A DNA stretch of 35,451 bases from an uncultured Planctomycetales bacterium (lineage in GTDB: Bacteria > Omnitrophota > Gorgyraeia > Gygaellales > Profunditerraquicolaceae), in NCBI GenBank assembly GCA_964413025.1, contig CAYPRG010000004.1, positions 1-35,451 on the forward strand, written 5' to 3'. Shown piece after piece: positions 18,591 to 27,907 of the stretch. The stretch's first letter is position 1, and every line of letters begins with the position of its first letter. The notes under the pieces were generated by a model, which was given only the letters and a program-made list of their open reading frames with translations, was not told where the DNA came from and searched no databases. Made by a program: the position numbers and the translations under genes.

Positions 18591-18836
18591 ATGCAAAAAT
18601 TTCCTATGCCCATGCCTATGCCTAAGGTTTTCGGAGCGGTAACTATGGGAGAGCGGGGACAGATTGTAATACCCGCGGATGTAAGAAAAGTCTATGGTAT
18701 TAAGCCCGGGGATAGGCTGATTGTTTTTGCTAAGGAGGGAGCGCCGATCGGGCTGATTCCGGCGCAACAGTTCAGCCAGTTTCTGGAACATGCCGCAGAA
18801 ATGCTGGCGCAATTCAAAAAAATCAATAATGCCTAA
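18591..18836 (+). CDS. AbrB/MazE/SpoVT-family DNA-binding protein
   Basis: It has a swapped-hairpin SpoVT-AbrB domain, ERGQIVIPADVRKVYGIKPGDRLIVF. I prefer ATG 18591 (AAGGAG 7 nt upstream) to ATG 18561. Both share the stop at 18836. Confidence 0.8.
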   Translation: MQKFPMPMPMPKVFGAVTMGERGQIVIPADVRKVYGIKPGDRLIVFAKEGAPIGLIPAQQFSQFLEHAAEMLAQFKKINNA

Positions 18837-20106
18837 AGCGAAATTCGCACTGATAATTCTATTTTTTGTGTTTTTTGCCTTGGGGTCCGCGGATGCCCAG
18901 GAAATCCTTAGCTGGCAGGAGTGTATCAAAGAGTCAGCCAAGAACAATCCTGATTTAATTGCCGCGCAAGAAACCATAAAGCAGTATGAGGCTACTAAAA
19001 AGATTACCGCCAGCACTCTTTATCCTCAGGTGGACAGCAATTTGAACGCTTCAACCGCAAGAAGCGCAAGTAATGAAACTCCCGGTACTGTTTCTGACAG
19101 CTACACATACGGTGTTTCGGGAACACAGTTGATTTTTGACGGATTAAAAACCGTCAATGATGTAAATGCCGCCAAGGAGAATATAAAGGCTTCTCAGCAG
19201 GGCTATAAATTTACTTCTTCCGAAGTCAGGCTAGGCCTGAGGACAGCTTTTATCAACCTGCTCACCGCCCAGGAATTAATCAAGGTCACTGAAGATATCG
19301 CCAGGATAAGAAGAGAAAATTATGAACTCATTTCTTTGCGTTATGAATCGGGGTTGGAACACCGGGGGGCTCTTTTGACCGCGGAAGCGGATCTGGCCCA
19401 GGCGAACTTTCAGATTGCCCAGGCAAAAAGAGACATAGAAACAGCGCAATGGCAGCTGATGAAAGAGATGGGGCGTAAAGAATTTAAGCCTGTTTCGGTA
19501 AAAGGGGATTTTACAGTGGTTGACTCGGCGAAGAAAAAACCGGATTATGAGGCTTTAGCAAAAGATAATCCTTCTCTGCAACAGTTAATTGCCCAAAAGA
19601 ATGCGGCCGAATTTGGGCTTAGGTCTGCTTATGCCGAATTTTTTCCTACCCTTTCCGGCCAGGCCGGGGCCAGTAAGGAAGGCACACTTTATCCGCCAAG
19701 GGGGAATAATTGGAATCTTGGGCTTGTTTTGTCCATGCCTATATTTGAAGGAGGTTTGCGGTTGGCTCAGGTGTCCAAGGCAAAGGCGCTTTTGAATCAA
19801 CTTCAGGCTAATGAAAGAAGCACAAAAGATGGAATCGTGGTGACTTTAGCCCAGGCATGGGCCTCTCTGCAGGATGCCGTTGAAACGGTTGATGTCCAAT
19901 ATAAATCGCTGATTGCTACCGAGGAGCGCTCTAAAATAGCCGAGGCCCAATATTCAACCGGTTTTATTTCTTATGATAACTGGACGATCATTGAAGATAA
20001 CCTTGTTAGTGCAAAATCAGCTTATTTGAATGCCCAGTCGAATGCCTTGACTGCGGAAGCGAGTTGGATCCAAGCGAAAGGAGAAGTGCTTGAATATGCG
20101 CAATAA
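18829..20106 (+). CDS. TolC-family outer-membrane efflux protein
   Basis: From ATG 18829 the product starts with a signal peptide, MPKAKFALIILFFVFFALGSADA. It shows the duplicated TolC repeat pattern (LYPQVD...; FFPTLSGQAG...) with long coiled-coil segments. Confidence 0.85.
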   Translation: MPKAKFALIILFFVFFALGSADAQEILSWQECIKESAKNNPDLIAAQETIKQYEATKKITASTLYPQVDSNLNASTARSASNETPGTVSDSYTYGVSGTQLIFDGLKTVNDVNAAKENIKASQQGYKFTSSEVRLGLRTAFINLLTAQELIKVTEDIARIRRENYELISLRYESGLEHRGALLTAEADLAQANFQIAQAKRDIETAQWQLMKEMGRKEFKPVSVKGDFTVVDSAKKKPDYEALAKDNPSLQQLIAQKNAAEFGLRSAYAEFFPTLSGQAGASKEGTLYPPRGNNWNLGLVLSMPIFEGGLRLAQVSKAKALLNQLQANERSTKDGIVVTLAQAWASLQDAVETVDVQYKSLIATEERSKIAEAQYSTGFISYDNWTIIEDNLVSAKSAYLNAQSNALTAEASWIQAKGEVLEYAQ

Positions 20107-21067
20107 AAAATTAAAAATAATTTTTTTGGTATTAGCTATAGCGGCCGTCGCGGCAGTAGTTATTTGGAAGGCCAAAAGTAAGGGCGCAAGCGATGAGATA
20201 ATCCAGGAGATAAGCCCGTCTATAGGTGAAATAAAAATTTTAATTTCTACCACTGGTTCGGTTTTGCCTGAAAACCGCCTGGAAATAAAACCTCCGGTTA
20301 ACGGCCGGATTGAAAGCGTATTGGTGGAGGAGGGGGCGAAGATCAAGCAGGGGCAGGTGTTGGCCTGGATGAGTTCTACCGAGAGGGCAGCCTTACTGGA
20401 TGCCGCGCAGGGTCAGGGAGAAAAAGAATTGAATTATTGGAAAGAGGCCTATAAGCCAATAGCTTTACTTTCTCCGATTGACGGTGAAATAATCGTGGCT
20501 ACAACACAACCGGGACAGACTGTTATTACCAGCGACGCGATAGTGGTCTTGTCTGACCATTTGATCATCCGGGCTGAAGTTGATGAGACCGATATCGGCC
20601 GGATCACCAATAATATGGCTGCCTTTATCACTCTTGATGCCTACCCGGATGAAAAGATAAAAGCCAGGGTTGACCATATTTATTACGAATCCGAAACCGT
20701 CAACAACGTCACTATTTATAAGGTCGACCTGACCCCTCAGGAAGTGCGGCATTTTTTCCGTTCCGGGATGAATGCTTCCATAGATTTTGTGCTCCAGGAT
20801 AAGAGCGGTATATTGATCATCCCGGTTGACGCGGTTTATAAAGATGAAGAAAATTACTGCCTGATAAAGCAGCCTAACGGCAAAGAGCCGGCAAAGGTCC
20901 GCGTGGAGCTGGGGATAACAGATGATAAGAACATAGAGGTAATTTCGGGGGTAAGCGAAAAGGACCGTTTGATTGTAAAGTCAAAAAAATATTTCCTTCC
21001 TGTAAGCAGCTCTGGCAGCAACCCCTTTATGCCCTTTGGCAGAAAAAAAGAATCGGCCAAGAAATAA
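20096..21067 (+). CDS. macA: Periplasmic adaptor (HlyD/MacA membrane-fusion family)
   Basis: It has an N-terminal TM anchor, a lipoyl-like hairpin (VNGRIESVLVEEGAKIKQGQVLAWM ... SPIDGEII) and beta-barrel/MP domains. The start is ATG 20096, or TTG 20090 as in the ORF track. Confidence 0.85.
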   Translation: MRNKKLKIIFLVLAIAAVAAVVIWKAKSKGASDEIIQEISPSIGEIKILISTTGSVLPENRLEIKPPVNGRIESVLVEEGAKIKQGQVLAWMSSTERAALLDAAQGQGEKELNYWKEAYKPIALLSPIDGEIIVATTQPGQTVITSDAIVVLSDHLIIRAEVDETDIGRITNNMAAFITLDAYPDEKIKARVDHIYYESETVNNVTIYKVDLTPQEVRHFFRSGMNASIDFVLQDKSGILIIPVDAVYKDEENYCLIKQPNGKEPAKVRVELGITDDKNIEVISGVSEKDRLIVKSKKYFLPVSSSGSNPFMPFGRKKESAKK

Positions 21068-21071
21068 AAAA

Positions 21072-23042
21072 ATGATAGAGCTGAAAAATATATCCAAGAG
21101 CTATCAAATGGGCAAGGTGGAAGTAAAAGCCCTGCAGGGAGTTTCTTTAAAGATAGCTCCCGGAGAATTTATAGCGATCATGGGGCCTTCGGGTTCCGGT
21201 AAATCCACGCTTATGCATATTCTGGGTTTGCTTGACAGGCCTGATTCAGGGGAGTATTATCTGGGGCAAAAAAAACTTAATGGCCTTTTAGACGATGAAT
21301 TAGCGGCTGTACGCAACCGGCTGGTGGGTTTTGTTTTTCAGCAATTTCACCTTCTGCCAAGAATGAGCGCGCTGGAAAATGCGGAACTGCCTTTAATATA
21401 TGCCGGGAAGCGCCACCTTAAGGAGCAGGCAAAAGAGAAGTTGGAAGAAATTGGTTTAGCGGACAGGATAAATCACCGGCCTAATGAGCTTTCCGGAGGC
21501 CAGCAACAGCGGGTAGCCATTGCCCGCTCACTGGTCAATGATCCCTTGATTATCTTTGCTGATGAGCCTACGGGAAATCTTGATTCAAAAAGTAAGGAAG
21601 AAATAGTCGTTATCCTGAAGGGTTTGAACGATAAAGGTAAGACCATCATTATGGTCACTCATGAAAGCGAAATGTCGGTGCACGCCAAACGGATCATCCG
21701 TATCTTTGACGGAAAGATTATTTCTGACGAAAGGCAGGGAAAAGTACCCAGGCCTCCTGAAGAGGGCCAGGCAGACCAAATTATTGCTACGGTGTTATCA
21801 AAGCACGAGAGGAAAGTAAGGGGGATCCAATTCTTAGAATACCTGCAGCAAGCGGCTCAGGCGATGGTGTCGCACAAGATGCGTTCCTTTCTTTCAATCC
21901 TAGGGATACTGATCGGAGTTACCGCGGTGATTGCCATGCTCGCCGTAGGGACAGGAGCGAAGGAATCTATTGAGAAGCAGTTATCTTCTCTAGGGTCAAA
22001 CCTTATTTTAGTTATGCCCGGTTCCTCAAGGGTGCATGGGGTTTCTTCCGGGGCAGGAGGGGTGACCCGTTTCGTATTCCAGGATGTGGCGGCGATTGAA
22101 AAGCTTCACGGTCAGGTAGTAAGAGTCAATCCTTCGGTCAGGGGGAAAGGGCAATTAGTCTATGCCAACAAGAATTGGAGCACTCAGGTAGAAGGGAATG
22201 GAGTGAATTATGCCCCTATGCGCGCGGCAATCCCCACAATAGGGAGGTTTTTTACTGAAGAAGAGGTAAAGAGGAGGGATAAAGTCGCGGTGCTGGGGAT
22301 GACGGTAGTGAAAGAACTTTTCGGGGATAGCAACCCTGTCGGCGAGACCATAAAGATAAATCTGATTAATTTTAAAGTTATAGGGATACTGCCGGAGAAA
22401 GGGGCGGGAGGTTTTCATGACCAGGACGATGTGGTGGTTATACCGATCACCACCGCTATGTACCGGGTGTTCGGCAAAGATTACCTTGATTCAATTTCTG
22501 TTGAGGCTAGCAGTCCTGATGTGATAGATGAGGCTCAGGAATCCATAGCTAATATTATTGATAAACAGCACAATTTGGATACTGAAGCTGAAAAAGATAC
22601 TTATCAGATACGGAATATGTCGGATATTAAAACCACCCTGCAAGCCACTACCAAGACAATGTCGCTGTTATTAGGGGCTATCGCGGCCATATCGCTTTTA
22701 GTCGGCGGCATAGGCATTATGAATATTATGCTTGTTTCAGTGACCGAACGCACGCGCGAAATAGGTTTACGTAAAGCAATCGGGGCGACCAATAAAGATA
22801 TTATGGTTCAATTCCTTATTGAGTCGGTATTGATGTCTTTTCTCGGCGAGGTAAGCGGGATCCTGCTTGGCAGCGGCATATCCATGATGATCACTATTTT
22901 TGCCGGATGGAGCGCCAGGGTATCTATGTCTTCGGTAATCCTGGCAACTACATTTTCTCTGGGCGTAGGGGTGGTCTTTGGCCTCTGGCCTGCCCAAAAA
23001 GCCTCTAAACTTGACCCTATCGAAGCGCTAAGATACGAATAG
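21072..23042 (+). CDS. macB: MacB-type ABC transporter (fused ATPase plus FtsX-like permease)
   Basis: It has Walker [10 protein letters not shown], the ABC signature [13 protein letters not shown] and Walker [13 protein letters not shown], then a four-TM permease with a large periplasmic loop and the motif [14 protein letters not shown]. The start ATG 21072 lies 4 nt after the macA stop. Confidence 0.92.
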   Translation: MIELKNISKSYQMGKVEVKALQGVSLKIAPGEFIAIMGPSGSGKSTLMHILGLLDRPDSGEYYLGQKKLNGLLDDELAAVRNRLVGFVFQQFHLLPRMSALENAELPLIYAGKRHLKEQAKEKLEEIGLADRINHRPNELSGGQQQRVAIARSLVNDPLIIFADEPTGNLDSKSKEEIVVILKGLNDKGKTIIMVTHESEMSVHAKRIIRIFDGKIISDERQGKVPRPPEEGQADQIIATVLSKHERKVRGIQFLEYLQQAAQAMVSHKMRSFLSILGILIGVTAVIAMLAVGTGAKESIEKQLSSLGSNLILVMPGSSRVHGVSSGAGGVTRFVFQDVAAIEKLHGQVVRVNPSVRGKGQLVYANKNWSTQVEGNGVNYAPMRAAIPTIGRFFTEEEVKRRDKVAVLGMTVVKELFGDSNPVGETIKINLINFKVIGILPEKGAGGFHDQDDVVVIPITTAMYRVFGKDYLDSISVEASSPDVIDEAQESIANIIDKQHNLDTEAEKDTYQIRNMSDIKTTLQATTKTMSLLLGAIAAISLLVGGIGIMNIMLVSVTERTREIGLRKAIGATNKDIMVQFLIESVLMSFLGEVSGILLGSGISMMITIFAGWSARVSMSSVILATTFSLGVGVVFGLWPAQKASKLDPIEALRYE

Positions 23043-23057
23043 CCGCAATTAATTTTC

Positions 23058-23086
23058 TTGACAGGTTTATCAATTTTTGTTAAATT
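23058..23086 (+). promoter_or_regulatory. Candidate sigma70 promoter between macB and the hydrogenase operon
   Basis: TTGACA (23058-23063), a 17-nt spacer ending in TGT, then TAAATT (23081-23086). The architecture matches the 18502 promoter. The caveat is that it lies upstream of a terminator-like hairpin. Confidence 0.4.
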
Positions 23087-23095
23087 ATTAAGGTT

Positions 23096-23122
23096 AATCA
23101 CTCTTTAGGGAGTGATTTTTTT
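23096..23122 (+). terminator. Intrinsic terminator-like hairpin (macB operon terminator or hydrogenase leader attenuator)
   Basis: An 8-bp stem (AATCACTC at 23096-23103 pairing with GAGTGATT at 23110-23117) has a 6-nt loop and runs into a tract of seven T (23116-23122). Confidence 0.55.
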
Positions 23123-23184
23123 GTTCCCGCCGGTTAGTCTTATTATCCCATTGATAGAGATAATAAGGAGGTAGTAGTTCTTAT

Positions 23185-24630
23185 ATGAGATACGAAGCTA
23201 TGCTTTCAGCTACAATTTTTGTCCCGCTTTTGGGGGCGTTTATCCTTCCGCTTATAGGAAGGGTTTCTGTCCGCTTGCGGAATTTCTTTGCCTTCTGCTT
23301 TATTTTTGCCGCCTTTATTTTTTCTTTAAGCATGATAGGACCGGCCCTGTCAGGTAAAACTATCACCATTAATAGAGAACTGGCCATGGGGTTTAATTTT
23401 GTATTTTCCGCCGATATCCTGGCGGTTTTCATGGCCTGTATGTCGTCTTTGGTCAGCACGGTAATCATTTTGTATTCCTTTGGATATATAAGTCATTATG
23501 AGAATCAAAATGAATATTATTCCATGGTGGTGCTGTTTTTTGGCGCGATGATGGGCCTGGTTTTCTCGGGGAATCTGATTTTACTTTATGTATTCTGGGA
23601 GATTACCGCGATCACCAGCTGGCGCTTAATCGGTTTCTTCAGGGAGAAGACTCATGTATTGCGCGCGGATAAGGCATTCCTGGTTACGGTATTCGGAGCG
23701 GTGCTCATGCTTATTGGTTTCATCAGCATCTATCAGCAGACAGGTTCGTTTGACCTGGGCGTGATTAAGGAAAGCGCGAAAATAAACCCTATTTCAAATT
23801 TAGCTGTTGGTTTAATATTAGTGGGCATACTTTCCAAGTCGGCAACCCTGCCGTTACATACCTGGCTTCCTGACGCCGGCGTTGCTCCTTCTCCGGTTAC
23901 GGCGCTGCTTCACGCCGCGATCTTAGTCAAAATAGGAATATATGTTTTTGCTCGGCTTTTTATAGCCACTTTTTCACCCGCTGAATTTTGGCATACAGTT
24001 GTGCCGATAATAGCTGCTGCCAGCGCGCTAGTTTCGGCGGGAGCCGCGCTCGTTGAAACCGACTTAAAGAGGATCATCGCCTATTCTACTATCAGCCAGA
24101 TAGGGTTTATCTTTTTTGGATTAGCGGTAGGAAATGAAATTGCCGTGGCAGGAGGGTTATTGTATATACTTATGCACGGCATAGCCAAAGCCGGGCTTTT
24201 TCTTTGCGCCGGTATTATCGAACAGAATACAAAGACTAAAGATATCACAAAGTTAGGCGGGCTCATGGCTACCATGCCGGTTACCGCGGTTTCTTTCTTA
24301 TTCTGCGCCTTTTCGGTAATGGGCATTCCGCCTTTCGGAGGATTCTTCAGCAAATATATGGTTTTTGCCGGAGCAGTCAATGGCGGGCAGATTTGGATCG
24401 GTTTTGTGTTTTTGTTGGGTGCTGTAATGACCATACTTTATCTTTTCAGGGCGTTTAATTTAATATTTCTCGGCGAGGCAAATATACCCGGGGTGAAAGA
24501 AGCCAGTCCGACAATGGTTACTAGCGTAGCTATATTAGGCGTGTTTTCGTTACTCAGCGGCATTTTTATCTGGTATCCGGCTAAATTTGCTTTGCTTGGG
24601 GTTTGGCAGATGCTGGGGATAGTCAAATGA
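23185..24630 (+). CDS. Hydrogenase membrane subunit, NuoN/NuoM/MrpD-like antiporter-type subunit 1
   Basis: 481 aa and polytopic, with proton-antiporter family motifs FWEITAITSW, SKSATLPLHTWLPDAGVAPSPVTALLHAAILVKIG, MHGIAKAGLFL and PPFGGFFSK. Confidence 0.85.
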   Translation: MRYEAMLSATIFVPLLGAFILPLIGRVSVRLRNFFAFCFIFAAFIFSLSMIGPALSGKTITINRELAMGFNFVFSADILAVFMACMSSLVSTVIILYSFGYISHYENQNEYYSMVVLFFGAMMGLVFSGNLILLYVFWEITAITSWRLIGFFREKTHVLRADKAFLVTVFGAVLMLIGFISIYQQTGSFDLGVIKESAKINPISNLAVGLILVGILSKSATLPLHTWLPDAGVAPSPVTALLHAAILVKIGIYVFARLFIATFSPAEFWHTVVPIIAAASALVSAGAALVETDLKRIIAYSTISQIGFIFFGLAVGNEIAVAGGLLYILMHGIAKAGLFLCAGIIEQNTKTKDITKLGGLMATMPVTAVSFLFCAFSVMGIPPFGGFFSKYMVFAGAVNGGQIWIGFVFLLGAVMTILYLFRAFNLIFLGEANIPGVKEASPTMVTSVAILGVFSLLSGIFIWYPAKFALLGVWQMLGIVK

Positions 24631-26456
24631 CGGAAAAATCCTTACTCTTACCTATTATATTACCTTTATGCGCGGGTATCATTGCTCTGATATTGCGTAA
24701 AAGGTTCCGCATAATAATTGAAACAATCGCGTTATCCGCTACTCTGGCAAATCTTTTAATCGCCATAGCCTTATTCAAAAGTAATTTTAGTTTTTCTCTT
24801 CCCTGGGCGGGATTGGGGTTGGATTTTTCGCTCAGGATTTATCACTTCAGCGCTTTTATCGTTCTCTCCGCGGCAGCTTTCGCGTTTTTGATTACTTTAT
24901 ATTCTATGGTATTTATGCGGGATAAGCCCTGCTTAAACCAATTCTACGGTTATTTCTTGATAACTCTTGGCCTTGCCAGCGGCGCGGTGCTTGCCGATAA
25001 TCTGGTGATCATGCTTTTTTTCTGGGAAGGTTTATTATTGACCCTTTTCGGCATGATTGCTATAGGCAACAAGAATGCTTTTAAGACCGCTACCAAGGCG
25101 TTTATTATCATCGGTATAGCTGATTTATGTTTTATGCTTGGCATCGGGCTCACCGGCCACCTTGCCGGCACGTTAGCTATGTCTCAGATAAATCTTCCTC
25201 TGGGGGGATTAGGCAGCATCGCATTTATTCTTTTGATGATTGGAGCGATCGCTAAAGCCGGCTCAATGCCTTTCCACAGCTGGATTCCTGATGCCGCCGT
25301 TGACGCGCCCCTTCCTTTTATGGCTTTAATACCGGCTGCGTTTGAGAAGCTCCTGGGAATATATTTTCTTACCAGGATCTCGCTTGACTTGTTCAAGTTG
25401 AGCCATGATTCCTGGATAAGCGTTTTGCTCATGGCCATCGGCTCAATCACAATAGTACTTGCGGTAATGATGGCTTTAATACAGAAGGATTATAAAAAAT
25501 TACTTTCTTACCATGCTATAAGCCAGGTGGGTTATATGATTTTAGGCATTGGTACCGCAGTTCCGGTGGGCATTGTCGGCGGGTTGTTCCATATGATTAA
25601 TAATGCGCTTTATAAGAGTTGTTTGTTTCTTACCGGAGGTGCGGTAGAGAAGCAGGCCGGTACAGCTAACCTGGAAAAGCTGGGTGGAATCGGGAAAAAG
25701 ATGCCGATAACCTTCGCCTGTTTTATTATCACCGCGGTTTCAATATCCGGAGTGCCGCCTTTTAACGGATTTTTTTCAAAAGAGCTGGTATATGACGCAG
25801 CGCTGGAGAGAGGGCTGATTTTTTATATTGCCGCGGTGGTCGGTTCATTCTTCACCGCCGCGTCGTTCTTAAAACTTGGGCACGCGGCTTTTCTCGGGAA
25901 AATAAGCGAAGAGAACAAAAAGGTTAAAGAAGTTTCTTTTTCGATGTTATTCCCTATGATCGTGATCGCCTTTTTATGTATTATTTTCGGGGTATTTAAT
26001 TCCTTGCCGTTAAATATGCTTATCCAGCCGATACTCGGAGAAACCAGATTAGAGGGGAAGGATTTCTCGGGATTTCCAACTAATTTTATGCTTGTGGCAG
26101 TTACTTTAGTGGTATTAATCGGGGCTTTATTGAATCATCTCTGGGGGGTAAAACGAAAAGGAAGCGGGCTTAAAGCTGTGGACCATATCCATTATGCCCC
26201 GGTTTTATCGACTATCTATGATAAAGCGGAAAAGAGGTATTTTGATCCTTTTGATATAGGTTTAAAATTTACCGGCGCGTTCTCAAAGGTTGCTTTCCGC
26301 TGTGATAGGGCGATAGATTGGTTGTATGATAATTTGACAGTTAAGTTGATTTTCGTATTCACCGATCAGATAAAGAAGTTGCATAACGGCAACTATTCGA
26401 CATATCTGATTTGGTCTTTGCTGGGGTTGGTTTTAGTTATTATTTTTTTAGTATAA
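24627..26456 (+). CDS. Hydrogenase membrane subunit, NuoL/MrpA-like antiporter-type subunit with a C-terminal extension
   Basis: 609 aa from ATG 24627 (ATGA overlap). It carries FWEGLLL, AKAGSMPFHSWIPDAAVDAP, NNALYKSCLFL and PPFNGFFSK. A roughly 100-aa largely polar/amphipathic tail ends in a final TM (YLIWSLLGLVLVIIFLV), as in the NuoL lateral helix and anchor. Confidence 0.85.
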   Translation: MTEKSLLLPIILPLCAGIIALILRKRFRIIIETIALSATLANLLIAIALFKSNFSFSLPWAGLGLDFSLRIYHFSAFIVLSAAAFAFLITLYSMVFMRDKPCLNQFYGYFLITLGLASGAVLADNLVIMLFFWEGLLLTLFGMIAIGNKNAFKTATKAFIIIGIADLCFMLGIGLTGHLAGTLAMSQINLPLGGLGSIAFILLMIGAIAKAGSMPFHSWIPDAAVDAPLPFMALIPAAFEKLLGIYFLTRISLDLFKLSHDSWISVLLMAIGSITIVLAVMMALIQKDYKKLLSYHAISQVGYMILGIGTAVPVGIVGGLFHMINNALYKSCLFLTGGAVEKQAGTANLEKLGGIGKKMPITFACFIITAVSISGVPPFNGFFSKELVYDAALERGLIFYIAAVVGSFFTAASFLKLGHAAFLGKISEENKKVKEVSFSMLFPMIVIAFLCIIFGVFNSLPLNMLIQPILGETRLEGKDFSGFPTNFMLVAVTLVVLIGALLNHLWGVKRKGSGLKAVDHIHYAPVLSTIYDKAEKRYFDPFDIGLKFTGAFSKVAFRCDRAIDWLYDNLTVKLIFVFTDQIKKLHNGNYSTYLIWSLLGLVLVIIFLV

Positions 26457-26472
26457 TAATAGGGGAGAGGTT

Positions 26473-27906
26473 GTGTATTCTTCGTTAATATTACTGCCGT
26501 TTTTCGGGGTGATAATTTTAAATCTGCCGTTTCGGGCATTGATGAGAAAGGCCGCTTTCTGGCTTTGCCTGTTGATAGTGCTTCTCCAGATTTGCTTAAT
26601 CCTTTTTCCTCAGATTTGCTGCTTTAGCGATAAATTGGATACCTTGGGCTCATTTTTTAAATTTGATTTTGCGGTGGATAACCTTAGCCGGGTGATGCTG
26701 TTTTGTATAGGCATAGTTTTGTTTACCGCGCTCTTCGTGCAAAGAAATAACTGCAGGGACGAGGAGAAGATTTTTAATTTCGTAAACGTTTCCCTTCTTA
26801 TTTTATGCGGGATGAACGGCGTGGTAATGGTAAAGGATATTTTTTCCTTGTATGTATTCTTGGAGATTACCGCGGTCAGTTCATTTATCTTAATCGCTTT
26901 TAATAAAGAAAGAGATGCGTTTGAGGGCGCGTTTAAGTATATCGTCCTTTCCGCGGTAGCCACGGTGCTTATGCTTGCGGCGATTGCTTTGTTTCTGGTT
27001 GTTTCCGGAGACACCGGTTTTAGTTCCATAAGTTCCGCCTTAAAGATTTCCCATGACCGTTTCTTTATCGGACTTGCCGTGGGCATCTTTCTTTGCGCAT
27101 GTTTTATCAAGTCTGGTTTGGTGCCGTTTCACGGCTGGGTTGCCGATGCTTATTCCAGCGCGCCGCCTGCGGTATCCGTGCTTCTGGCAGGAGTAGTGAC
27201 TAAGACAGTAGGTATATACACATTAATAAGAGTCGTAAATTCAATATTTGGTTTTAGCGATTCGCTCAAACACCTTCTTCTTGCGGTGGGAGCAATTTCA
27301 ATTGTGGTGGGAGCCCTGGCAGCTCTCGGACAAAAGGATTTTAAGAGGATGCTTGCCTATTCAAGCATAAGCCAGGTGGGCTACATTGTTTTAGGTTTAG
27401 GGACCGGCACCGCGCTGGGATTGACCGGAGCTATCTTCCATTTGTTTAACCACTCGATTTTTAAATCACTTTTATTTGTAAATTCCGCGGCTGTGGAGTC
27501 GGAGACCGGCACCAGGGATATGGATAAACTTTCCGGCCTGGCAAAAAAGATGCCGTTGACCGGAGTGACTTCTATTTTAGGGAGCTTGTCCTGCGCGGGG
27601 ATCCCGCCTTTGGCGGGCTTCTGGAGTAAATTGCTTATCATTATGGCTCTATGGTTATCCGGTTTTCACGGCTACGCGTTTATAGCGGTTTTAGCCAGCA
27701 TCTTGACCCTGGCATACTTTCTTTATTGGCAAAGAAGCGTTTTTTTTGGGATATTAAAAGAAGACTTGGTGAATGTAAAGGAGGCAGGTTTTGGGTTGGT
27801 ATTTCCTGCTTTGATACTTGCGGTGATAGTTGTAGGCGCAGGATTATTTTTCCCTTTCATAATCAATTATTTTACATTGCCAATTGGAAATATTTTAGGA
27901 GGATAG
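26473..27906 (+). CDS. Hydrogenase membrane subunit, NuoM/NuoN/MrpD-like antiporter-type subunit 3
   Basis: 477 aa with a GTG start after GGAGAGG. It carries FLEITAVSSF, IKSGLVPFHGWVADAYSSAPPAVSVLLAGVVTKTVG, FNHSIFKSLLFV and PPLAGFWSK. Confidence 0.85.
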   Translation: MYSSLILLPFFGVIILNLPFRALMRKAAFWLCLLIVLLQICLILFPQICCFSDKLDTLGSFFKFDFAVDNLSRVMLFCIGIVLFTALFVQRNNCRDEEKIFNFVNVSLLILCGMNGVVMVKDIFSLYVFLEITAVSSFILIAFNKERDAFEGAFKYIVLSAVATVLMLAAIALFLVVSGDTGFSSISSALKISHDRFFIGLAVGIFLCACFIKSGLVPFHGWVADAYSSAPPAVSVLLAGVVTKTVGIYTLIRVVNSIFGFSDSLKHLLLAVGAISIVVGALAALGQKDFKRMLAYSSISQVGYIVLGLGTGTALGLTGAIFHLFNHSIFKSLLFVNSAAVESETGTRDMDKLSGLAKKMPLTGVTSILGSLSCAGIPPLAGFWSKLLIIMALWLSGFHGYAFIAVLASILTLAYFLYWQRSVFFGILKEDLVNVKEAGFGLVFPALILAVIVVGAGLFFPFIINYFTLPIGNILGG

Positions 27907-27907
27907 G

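Noticed and set aside
18483-19016. A 177-aa minus-strand ORF spans the AbrB promoter, the AbrB gene and the TolC start.
   Set aside because: It lies wholly antisense to two motif-supported + strand genes and a strong promoter. It has no recognisable domain and no Shine-Dalgarno sequence, and its composition is typical of an antisense shadow ORF.
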